Shown here: piece after piece, positions 55,364 to 63,201 of the stretch
How the letters are laid out: the number at the start of each line of letters is the position of its first letter
How positions within the stretch are numbered: position 1 is the stretch's first letter
Origin: Lachnospiraceae bacterium
Lineage (GTDB): Bacteria > Bacillota > Clostridia > Lachnospirales > Lachnospiraceae
Direction of reading: 5' to 3'
NCBI GenBank assembly: GCA_017624235.1
Contig: JAGANL010000022.1
Coordinates: 605 to 64,604 of the forward strand
Length of the DNA stretch: 64,000 nt
Position numbers and translations under genes: made by a program
Notes under the pieces: model-generated
What the model saw: only the letters and a program-made list of their open reading frames with translations
The model's database searches: none
Told to the model about the DNA's origin: nothing

Positions 55364-55442
55364 TCGTAAATCCTCCAAATTCTAAAACGCCAAAAAGAAG
55401 GCTTACTCATATTGCTATGATAACCCTTCTTTTAGGCAGTTC

Positions 55443-56525
55443 TTATTTTGTATGATACATGTCTTCGTAGTACTTCTGATAATCTCCGCTTGTCACATTC
55501 TTCATCCATTCCTCATGCTCGAAGAACCACTGAATCGTCAGGCGGATGCCGTCCTTAAACATCGTTTCCGGCTCCCAGCCAATCTCAGATTTGATTTTGT
55601 CCGGTGCAATGGCATATCTTCTGTCATGTCCCTTACGATCCTCCACATAAGTAATCAGATCTCTGGACACCAATGCTTTACGAGGGTCGGAATCCGGAAG
55701 CATCTCCTGCAGCGTATCCAGAATAATGTGAATAATTTCAATGTTCTGCTTCTCGTTATGTCCGCCTACGTTGTAGGTTTCAAACAGCCTTCCCTTTTCC
55801 TGTACCATATCAATGGCCTTGGCATGATCTTCTACATATAACCAGTCACGCACATTCTTACCGTCTCCGTAGACCGGAAGCTTTTTGCCCTGCAGCGCAT
55901 TGTTGATAATGAGCGGAATGAGCTTCTCCGGGAACTGATACGGTCCGTAGTTGTTCGAACAGTTCGTAATATTTGCCGGAAATTTATAGGTGTCCATATA
56001 GGCCTTTACCAGCATGTCCGAGGATGCCTTGCTTGCCGAGTAAGGGCTGTGCGGTGCATACGGTGTCGTCTCGTAGAAATAGCCGCCGTCCTCCTCTAAG
56101 GAACCATAGACCTCATCGGTGGAAACATGGAGGAACTTCTTGCCTTCCCTGAAGCTTCCGTCCGGCAGCTCCCAGGCTTCCTTGGCACAGTTTAACATGA
56201 CAGCCGTTCCGAGCACATTTGTCTGTACAAATACCTCAGGATGCCTGATACTGCGGTCTACATGGCTCTCTGCCGCAAAGTGCACAACTCTGTCGATATC
56301 GTTCTCTGCAAAGATTTTACGGATGGCTTCCTTATCACAGATATTTGCTTTCACAAAGGTATAATTGTCTCTGTTCTCTACTTCTTTTAAGTTTTCCAGA
56401 TTACCGGCATAGGTCAGCGCATCCACGTTGATAATACGGATGTCATTGTCATATTTTTTGAACATATAGTGAATATAATTGGAACCGATAAATCCGGCGC
56501 CGCCTGTTACAAGATAGGTTCTCAT
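55443..56525 (-). CDS. rfbB: dTDP-glucose 4,6-dehydratase
   Basis: 360 aa. GGAGFIGSN, STDEVYG, YSASKA. Confidence 0.95.
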   Translation of the reverse strand: MRTYLVTGGAGFIGSNYIHYMFKKYDNDIRIINVDALTYAGNLENLKEVENRDNYTFVKANICDKEAIRKIFAENDIDRVVHFAAESHVDRSIRHPEVFVQTNVLGTAVMLNCAKEAWELPDGSFREGKKFLHVSTDEVYGSLEEDGGYFYETTPYAPHSPYSASKASSDMLVKAYMDTYKFPANITNCSNNYGPYQFPEKLIPLIINNALQGKKLPVYGDGKNVRDWLYVEDHAKAIDMVQEKGRLFETYNVGGHNEKQNIEIIHIILDTLQEMLPDSDPRKALVSRDLITYVEDRKGHDRRYAIAPDKIKSEIGWEPETMFKDGIRLTIQWFFEHEEWMKNVTSGDYQKYYEDMYHTK

Positions 56526-56587
56526 AAAATGCTGTCCTCCATTTTAAACAGATATTTTTTCTTTCGTATATCATATCATAAATTTCC

Positions 56588-59500
56588 CTAATAGCCAAGA
56601 TAACTTACATTCAAGTCAACATTTCCGCTGATGCCGTTGATTTTTCCCTTGGACGTATACTGCCACATATCATAACGGGTAGCCTTATAGGTCGGCTGCG
56701 CCGCATACTGTGCCAGCCACAGCTTATAGCCGGTCAGGCTGCTCGTATTCATCTTCGTTTCAAACCAGCTCTTATTCGCATAGATGCCTGCCGTATAGCC
56801 GCCGTTCTGGATCGTCTTACAGAAAGCATTTGCTACAGCGGTTCTTGTATTTTTATCAATCCGGTCACCGCGTCCGCCGCTGCCCTCAATATCGATAAAT
56901 ACCGGATAGGATATCTTGTAGCCCTTAATCAGGCTCAGCGTCATGGAAGCCTCTTCTACTGCTTCCACCTCATTGACCGCCTGGGAGAAGAAGTAGATGC
57001 CCACCTTCAATCCGGCCGCTGTCGCTCCCTGAATATTCGTCTTGAACTTCGGGTCCACAATCATCGCACCGGAGGAAGAACCACGGTAGCCGCAACGGAT
57101 GATGACATAGGAAACACCGGAATTTTTCACGGCATTCCAATCAATGCTGCCGTTCCATTTGGAAACATCAATGCCCATATTGCCGGAGCCCTTCATCAGC
57201 GCACCGTCACTGTCAAAGTTGTATTTCATGCCCTGGATGACCTGCTCGCCTGTAACGCGCTTGCCGTCCTTGGTGTAATAGTAGGTCTTTCCGTCTATTG
57301 TCTGCCATCCGGTATACTTATATTCCACATTTTTTGCAAGAATATAGAACTTGGATGCCGTATAGTAATCCGCCAGAGTCGCCTCGACAAACTTACCGTC
57401 CTTATTTTTGATATAGACCTGATTACCATCATTATCCTTTAGCTTGGTCGTCGTATCCTTCTTCGGATTCAGGCGGACGGTAACCTTGCAGGTCGCTTTC
57501 GCAATTTCTTTATTGTCACGCTTGACTACCACAGACACATTCGCTGTTCCGGCAGCCACTCCGGTGATCGTGCCGGTCTTCTTGTCATCCGACGCCTTGA
57601 CTGTCGCAAGCTTTGTATTATCGGATACCCATTCGATGACATCACCGTTTACCGTATTCTCGATCGTAGCCTTTAATTCTCCGGTCAGCTCGGTAAAGAC
57701 AGTCAGCTCGGATTTACTCAGAGTCAATTTCACATCAGTGTTGCTGACCGTGACCTTACAGGTCGCTTCCACCGTCTTGTTCGTTTTCGTCGTAACCTTG
57801 GCCGTAATGGTAGTCTCGCCTGCTGCAACAGCCTTGACCGTACCGTCACTTGCTACGATTGCGATCTTATCGTTGCCTGACGTCCATTCCGTCTTTGCGA
57901 TCTCGTGGCCTGCTGAAATGCTGACAGACAGCTTACTGCTCTCATTGACCTTCAGCGCAAGGGTTCCCGGATTCATCGTCAGCTTCAGTTCGCTTTCAGT
58001 AACGGTTACAGTACAGGATGCTGATTTACCGGAATCCACCTCGGATGTCGCGGTTACCGTTGCTGTACCGGCTCCTACGCTGGTCAATGTACCGCCGGAC
58101 ACCTTTACCACGCTTTCATTACTGCTTTTCCATGTCACGGCCTTGCTTGGCGCTGTGCCCGTACTTCCCGACAGGGTAACAATCGCCTCCAGCTGGAAGG
58201 TCGTACCACCGGAGGTCAGAGTCAGAGTGCTGTGATTGAGCTTCACAGAATCAATCTTATACGGATCCTGTGGAGCAACCGGCTGAGATTCACTTTCAGA
58301 TGGTTTTGTGCTCTCACTTTCGGAAGGATTCGTACTCCCGCTCTCCGACGGTTTTGTGCTTTCACTCTCAGACGGTTTTGTGCTTTCGCTCTCAGACGGT
58401 TTTGTGCTTTCGCTCTCCGATGGATTGGTACTTGCACTTTCGGACGGCTTTGTGTCTCCACTTTCCGATTCCGTTGTATTGCCATTTTCACCATTCGTCT
58501 GTGACAATCTTAAGAAGCGTCCTGCTGCCGCACTCACCGTAAGCGGGTCTGTGATCTTGTCCTTCTTTAACTCCTCATATTCCCCTTCGGTCGCACTTCC
58601 ACTTCCGGAAATCGGTGTCTTCGTGGACTCTACCCACTCTACCGTATCCTTCAGGGCCGGCGCTGTCTCCGGTTCCTGAATCGCCGTATCCTCCACCGCT
58701 GCATTGACCTCGGCCTCCGTCTTGACCTCGTCAATGACATCAATCTTCACATACTCAATCTTATCCTTTACCTTGACGCTCTGTGTACCGGTATAATATT
58801 TATAATCCTTTATAGCATCGATTTCCTTTAACGTCACCTTATAATTGCCCGGTGTCAGGTCCTTTTTATAAATCACACCGTCTTTATCATCATCCGTCCA
58901 CGTAGTAGTCTTGTTATCAGGCCCCACTACCTCTACTTCAAATGCGATGCCGGATATGAGACGATTCGTCGAAGAATTGACGAACTTGATCTTCAAGTCC
59001 TTCTCTACCGAGGTCATATTAAAGCCGATCGCTTCTTCCTTCTCTTCCGCTTCTTCCTCCGTTTCCATCTCGGTTTCTTCCTCAAACAGGGCATCGATTT
59101 CTGCCGCAGAAGCGCTTGCATCCGCCATGGCGACCAATCCGCTCTCGCCGCCTACACCAAGGGTATCCAGCTTATCGCCCACCTCATAAAAGGCGGCCAC
59201 CTGTGCATCCACCGCCTTGGCGCTTGCATAAACAGAACAGGTCACCATAACGATTACCATCACAATTGCTCCGGTTGCTGCCACAAGACGATCCATCGCT
59301 GTCATAGACACGATATACTGACGCAGATTTTCCAAAAATGCCAGAAAAGCATTCTCTTCCTGTCTGCGATGGCCTTTTTTACGATTTCGACCGCTGCCTG
59401 CACGATTCCATCCGGCGCTCAGCTCTTCGTCTCCATAATAGGCTTCATCATCGCTCTCATATTCTTCGCTGTAATAGCTTTCGCCATCCTCGTCCTCGTA

Positions 59501-60058
59501 GATCTCTTCCTCGTAATATTCCTCTCCGTCATACGCTTCGTCGGAATAATACTCTGTATCACCAACCGGAATGAACTCCATGGTTTCCATGGACACCTCC
59601 GGCTCTACGCCTTCGTCTTCAGCCAGATAGGCATAATCTGCCTTTTCCTCTTCCGCAAAGTATCTGCCGTCTACGCTGCCATCTTCCTCTTCGGCATAAT
59701 ATTCACCGTCTCCGTTATAGTCTTCCTCTTCGGCATAATACACCCCATCTCCGTTGTAGTCTTCCTCTTCGGCATAATACTCACCGTCTCCGTTATAATC
59801 TTCCTCTTCGGCGTAATACTCACCGTCTTCGCTGTAGCCTTCTCCGTCAGCGTAATATTCGCCATCTTCGCTGTAGCCTTCTCCATCAGCGTAATATTCT
59901 CCATCTTCGCTGTAGCCTTCTCCATCAGCGTAATATTCTCCATCTTCCTCATAGTACTCTATGTCATCAGTCTCAAATGTATCGTATTCTTCATCAAAAT
60001 TTCTGTTCCTTTTCGCGGCATGAAACCACTTTCCGAAACCGTGATTCTTCCTTCCCAT
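56588..60058 (-). CDS. Large membrane-anchored GH25 muramidase: acidic Tyr-rich cytoplasmic repeats, TM helix, Ser/Glu/Pro repeats, Big_2-type Ig domains, GH25
   Basis: Start ATG 60058 (AGGGAGG RBS). TM helix LVAATGAIVMVIVMVTCSVYA. Several Ig-like repeats (…TVTATSE…, …TITAKVT…). C-terminal [32 protein letters not shown]. Confidence 0.85.
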   Translation of the reverse strand: MGRKNHGFGKWFHAAKRNRNFDEEYDTFETDDIEYYEEDGEYYADGEGYSEDGEYYADGEGYSEDGEYYADGEGYSEDGEYYAEEEDYNGDGEYYAEEEDYNGDGVYYAEEEDYNGDGEYYAEEEDGSVDGRYFAEEEKADYAYLAEDEGVEPEVSMETMEFIPVGDTEYYSDEAYDGEEYYEEEIYEDEDGESYYSEEYESDDEAYYGDEELSAGWNRAGSGRNRKKGHRRQEENAFLAFLENLRQYIVSMTAMDRLVAATGAIVMVIVMVTCSVYASAKAVDAQVAAFYEVGDKLDTLGVGGESGLVAMADASASAAEIDALFEEETEMETEEEAEEKEEAIGFNMTSVEKDLKIKFVNSSTNRLISGIAFEVEVVGPDNKTTTWTDDDKDGVIYKKDLTPGNYKVTLKEIDAIKDYKYYTGTQSVKVKDKIEYVKIDVIDEVKTEAEVNAAVEDTAIQEPETAPALKDTVEWVESTKTPISGSGSATEGEYEELKKDKITDPLTVSAAAGRFLRLSQTNGENGNTTESESGDTKPSESASTNPSESESTKPSESESTKPSESESTKPSESGSTNPSESESTKPSESESQPVAPQDPYKIDSVKLNHSTLTLTSGGTTFQLEAIVTLSGSTGTAPSKAVTWKSSNESVVKVSGGTLTSVGAGTATVTATSEVDSGKSASCTVTVTESELKLTMNPGTLALKVNESSKLSVSISAGHEIAKTEWTSGNDKIAIVASDGTVKAVAAGETTITAKVTTKTNKTVEATCKVTVSNTDVKLTLSKSELTVFTELTGELKATIENTVNGDVIEWVSDNTKLATVKASDDKKTGTITGVAAGTANVSVVVKRDNKEIAKATCKVTVRLNPKKDTTTKLKDNDGNQVYIKNKDGKFVEATLADYYTASKFYILAKNVEYKYTGWQTIDGKTYYYTKDGKRVTGEQVIQGMKYNFDSDGALMKGSGNMGIDVSKWNGSIDWNAVKNSGVSYVIIRCGYRGSSSGAMIVDPKFKTNIQGATAAGLKVGIYFFSQAVNEVEAVEEASMTLSLIKGYKISYPVFIDIEGSGGRGDRIDKNTRTAVANAFCKTIQNGGYTAGIYANKSWFETKMNTSSLTGYKLWLAQYAAQPTYKATRYDMWQYTSKGKINGISGNVDLNVSYLGY
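58291..58482. repeat. In-frame 24-bp tandem repeats (8 units) encoding SESTKPSE-type linker
   Basis: Units start at 58291, 58315, 58339, 58363, 58387, 58411, 58435 and 58459. The middle units are near-identical (…ctcagacggttttgtgcttt…). Confidence 0.85.
59683..59955. repeat. In-frame 39-bp tandem repeats (7 units, two subtypes) encoding GEYYAEEEDYNGD / GEYYADGEGYSED
   Basis: Units start at 59683, 59722, 59761 and 59800 (type I) and at 59839, 59878 and 59917 (type II). The period is exactly 39 bp. Confidence 0.9.
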
Positions 60059-60131
60059 CTTTACCTCCCTGGATGCCTGCATCAGCCTCCCGCTGCCTGC
60101 GGACTGCCCATGCCAGTAACAATTCTGTAAC

Positions 60132-60160
60132 ATTATAGCATCCGCTCCCCTTCACTTCAA
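60132..60160 (-). promoter_or_regulatory. Predicted sigma-A promoter at the head of the glycopolymer locus
   Basis: Minus strand reads TTGAAG, a 17 nt spacer, then TATAAT. 73 nt separate the -10 from ATG 60058. Confidence 0.55.
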
Positions 60161-60214
60161 GGTATTTCGGGGATTTCCATTTTTTGCTTCTTTATTATCA
60201 TGTGGCATCGCAGC

Positions 60215-60487
60215 CATTATCCGGTCGGCGGTGGTTGGGGCTCCGGTCCGCCGCAGAAAATGTCAGACCTGCAGGTGGAGTGAGAGTTTTCTTAATGGAG
60301 CTTTCGAAAAAGCAGGGGAAAATCGGCACGGATGCCGATTTTAGGATTTCACGTGCAAGGATGCACATGAAAGCCGACCCGAACGGTTGTCGCATCCTTC
60401 CTGCTCCATTTAGAAAACTCCAATCCACATGCGGTCTGACATTTTCTGCTGCGGACCGGAGCCCCAACCACCGCCGACCGGATAATG
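60215..60487. repeat. Foldback element copy B: 273-nt imperfect palindrome, core homologous to copy A but in inverted orientation
   Basis: Outer arms 60215-60269 / 60433-60487 pair at 54 of 55 positions. Inner arms are 60270-60301 / 60403-60432. Core hairpins are 60319-60342 and 60347-60372. Confidence 0.85.
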
Positions 60488-60662
60488 ACCACTACGTTTT
60501 CTATATATTAGCTGTTCATCATCACAAGACGGCGGAAATTGCAGCTGGCGCAGGCTGATCCATTCCCCTTTTCGTCAAAATGATTGACTTTTCTATGCTT
60601 TAGTGGCATATTTTTGTAGTATAAGGGTTTTGTCAAGCTGTGTAAAATGGGAGGAAAATAAT

Positions 60663-60953
60663 ATGATGTATATACACTATTGTCCGTCATGCCATAAGAT
60701 CCACATGTTAAACGGGCATAAGCAGTACTGTCCACGTTGTGAAAAAAATCTGGTGGAACTTAAAATCGATTATATGACCTACACAGAGATGGACGCAAAG
60801 GAACGCGCCGAATTGGAGGCTAACTGTGCCATTCCGGAAGAGCTGGACAAAATAAAAACCACCTACCGTATGGTCAAATACAGCAAGTGGTACAAGGAAA
60901 TGCAGCAGGAACAGGCGAAGGCTCAGGAGGAGTCTACAGATAGTAAATCGTAA
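60663..60953 (+). CDS. Small zinc-ribbon protein (96 aa), unknown function
   Basis: MMYIHYCPSCHKIHMLNGHKQYCPRCEKNL… (CxxC…CxxC). GGGAGG RBS 8 nt upstream of ATG 60663. Confidence 0.6.
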   Translation: MMYIHYCPSCHKIHMLNGHKQYCPRCEKNLVELKIDYMTYTEMDAKERAELEANCAIPEELDKIKTTYRMVKYSKWYKEMQQEQAKAQEESTDSKS

Positions 60954-61278
60954 TCCCGGCCAGAATGCAGACAGTTCCTATCACTTTATTTTTTGTAATT
61001 TTTTCACTGAAAAAAATGCGGCTGAGCAATATCACAAGCACATATCCTAACGACTCAATAATCGCGCCATTCTTGAATTCCATCCCCTTAAAGGCCATGA
61101 TCGTAAGCAGCATGGAACCAAACAGCATACCATATCCAATGATGACATAGGGATTCAGATATTCCCGAATGACCGATGTATATTGCCTGGTCGCGCTCTT
61201 CTTCAAAAGGATCTGCGAGAAGGAAGCTATGACAACCGATAATATATATAAGAAAAAATAAAATGCAGTACTATTCAT
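60934..61278 (-). CDS. Small EamA/SMR-like 4-TM membrane protein (ArnE/ArnF-like flippase subunit candidate)
   Basis: 114 aa, four hydrophobic helices. 8-nt overlap with its upstream paralogue-like partner. Confidence 0.65.
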   Translation of the reverse strand: MNSTAFYFFLYILSVVIASFSQILLKKSATRQYTSVIREYLNPYVIIGYGMLFGSMLLTIMAFKGMEFKNGAIIESLGYVLVILLSRIFFSEKITKNKVIGTVCILAGITIYYL

Positions 61279-61630
61279 TTGCTTTCTCCTCTCTGTTCAC
61301 AATAATCGTTCCGGCTGTAATAAAAATCAGTCCGATGATATTTTTCCACGTAATCCTTTCACCAAATATCACCACCGCCCAGACCAGCGCCCACAGCATA
61401 ACCATGGCACGGTTCGCATAGGCGATGGACAATTCAAACTTCTTGATTGCCTGCTGCCAAAGCAGCGCATATACGCCGAGAATCCCGATTTCCAGCCCAT
61501 AGAACAAAATAAACCCAATCGACAGAAACTCCTGCGCCGATGCCATTTTTGCTACGACACTGGAAATACTGTAAATCATGATGATTCCCTGCAGCATGAT
61601 AATATCTTTGATTGTAATTTTCTTTTTCAT
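61271..61630 (-). CDS. Small EamA/SMR-like 4-TM membrane protein (second subunit)
   Basis: MKKKITIKDIIMLQGIIMIYSISSVVAKMA…; ATG 61630 preferred over GTG 61672. Confidence 0.65.
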   Translation of the reverse strand: MKKKITIKDIIMLQGIIMIYSISSVVAKMASAQEFLSIGFILFYGLEIGILGVYALLWQQAIKKFELSIAYANRAMVMLWALVWAVVIFGERITWKNIIGLIFITAGTIIVNREEKANE

Positions 61631-62047
61631 GTCTGTAAATTTACTCCTTTTTATTATCTCAGTGCTAATCACTGCAACTTACAGTTTTCTATGCTCCATA
61701 AAAGAACACCTCCCACTATCAAGACGAGATTTGTCAAGGGGCTTTTCTACAAAAAATACTTTTGGTTTACTTTATTTATTCCTGCAATCAAACCATAAAA
61801 TGCGATGTACAACCTTTTGATAGCTACGACTAAACGCAATTATACTTATGTAGCATAGCACACCACCACCTAAAACTCAAGAAAGACGTCATATTCCGAT
61901 GACGATGGCAGATTAGGCTTCCAAACCGGATGCGTTTCTGCAATTTAACGATGCGCATATTTTCTTAAAATAGTGTGAAGATAATAGACAGAAGAAAAAC
62001 TCTATTGTAAAATAAAGACCGGACATTCCAAGAAATGGAGGAAACAC

Positions 62048-63172
62048 ATGAAAGAAAACAAGAACGAATTGGAAGACCTTACGATAGAAGATTCCGAAGG
62101 AGCAGACATGACCGATGCCGGCATCCCGGATACGGATATGGATCTGGAAGAAGATCCCGATTTTGAAATAGAAGACCTTGGGGAAGATTTGGATGGAGAA
62201 GACCCGGACGCAGAACCTCCCCGCCGGCGTGTGAACATGCACTTTATTCTTCTGGGAGTCATCGCTCTCCTGTTGGTCATTGCGGTTTTCCGACTGGTCG
62301 TCTGGAACAAGGGTGAGAAAATCATCGTGGATCCCAATGAAGACACTTCCGAATTTGACGTGGAAACCGAAGACTACATCATGCACCTGGACAGCCGCTA
62401 TCTGGAGGGCCGTACTGATGACGGAATCACCACCATTCTATGCCTCGGCAACGAGCCATTTGCCTCCGAACGCGGAGAAAACGGTATCGCCGCAAAGCTT
62501 CAGGCACTGTTAGGGGAAGATACCGTCGTCTACAACGCAGCCTTTGAGGACACGACTCTTTCCTGTAAAAACTCGGTCTACGATGAAAATTACATCAATG
62601 ATGCCTTCAGCCTCTACTGGCTTTCCAGAACCATCTGCCTGCAGGATTTTACACTGCTCGATAACTCCGTGGATGACTTTTCCAAAAAAACCCCTTCTGC
62701 GAAAGAGGCTCTGGATACCCTGAAGGACGTGGACATGGATACCGTGGATATCATTACCATTATGTATGACGGACAGGACTATCTGGAGGACCGCATTATC
62801 ACCAGCCCTTATGATCTGTCGGATATTGCCACCTGTACCGGCGCTCTGCGCGAGTCCCTGACCCTGCTGCGTGAAACCTATCCCTACATCCGCATCATCG
62901 TCCTCTCACCTGCCTTCGCCTGCCAGATTGGCGAGGACGGAGAATACCTGCCGGGCAGTACGACCAATACTCTGTATAAGAACGGCTTCCTCTCCGAATA
63001 TATGATCGGCGAGAAAAACATTGCCGTAGAAAAGGGCGTCACCTTTATTGACAACTATTACGGAACCATTCACGAAGATAATTATAAGGATTATCTGGAG
63101 GACAACATCCACCTGAACGACAAGGGACGTACCCTGATTGCAGAACGAATTCAAAAAGTGCTGGAGCGGTAA
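62048..63172 (+). CDS. Membrane-anchored SGNH/GDSL-like hydrolase-fold protein with acidic N-terminal tail
   Basis: 374 aa. Asp/Glu-rich N-terminus, TM helix FILLGVIALLLVIAVFRLVVW. Block-I-like ILCLGNEPF and block-V-like DNIHLND. The family call is tentative. Confidence 0.55.
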   Translation: MKENKNELEDLTIEDSEGADMTDAGIPDTDMDLEEDPDFEIEDLGEDLDGEDPDAEPPRRRVNMHFILLGVIALLLVIAVFRLVVWNKGEKIIVDPNEDTSEFDVETEDYIMHLDSRYLEGRTDDGITTILCLGNEPFASERGENGIAAKLQALLGEDTVVYNAAFEDTTLSCKNSVYDENYINDAFSLYWLSRTICLQDFTLLDNSVDDFSKKTPSAKEALDTLKDVDMDTVDIITIMYDGQDYLEDRIITSPYDLSDIATCTGALRESLTLLRETYPYIRIIVLSPAFACQIGEDGEYLPGSTTNTLYKNGFLSEYMIGEKNIAVEKGVTFIDNYYGTIHEDNYKDYLEDNIHLNDKGRTLIAERIQKVLER

Positions 63173-63201
63173 GCTTCAGCACTTTTTTATCCATCACATC
63201 T

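Noticed and set aside
59683-59955. Regular 39-bp and 24-bp repeat arrays considered as a possible CRISPR array.
   Set aside because: The units are directly adjacent with no spacers, lie in frame inside a long ORF, and translate into coherent peptide repeats.
37128-60487. Identifying the foldback elements as SRP RNA, 6S RNA, RNase P RNA, a retron msr/msd, integron attC sites, an RCR single-strand origin, or an ordinary MITE/REPIN.
   Set aside because: Reasons for rejecting each class:
- SRP, 6S and RNase P RNA: none of their signature motifs are present, and two divergent copies are incompatible with these single-copy RNAs.
- Retron: no reverse transcriptase is nearby.
- attC sites: the elements are far longer than attC sites.
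- Ordinary MITE/REPIN: no target-site duplications are seen, and the terminal arms are the least conserved part, which is the opposite of MITEs.
- Single-strand origin: cannot be excluded, but is unlikely at two promoter-proximal chromosomal sites.
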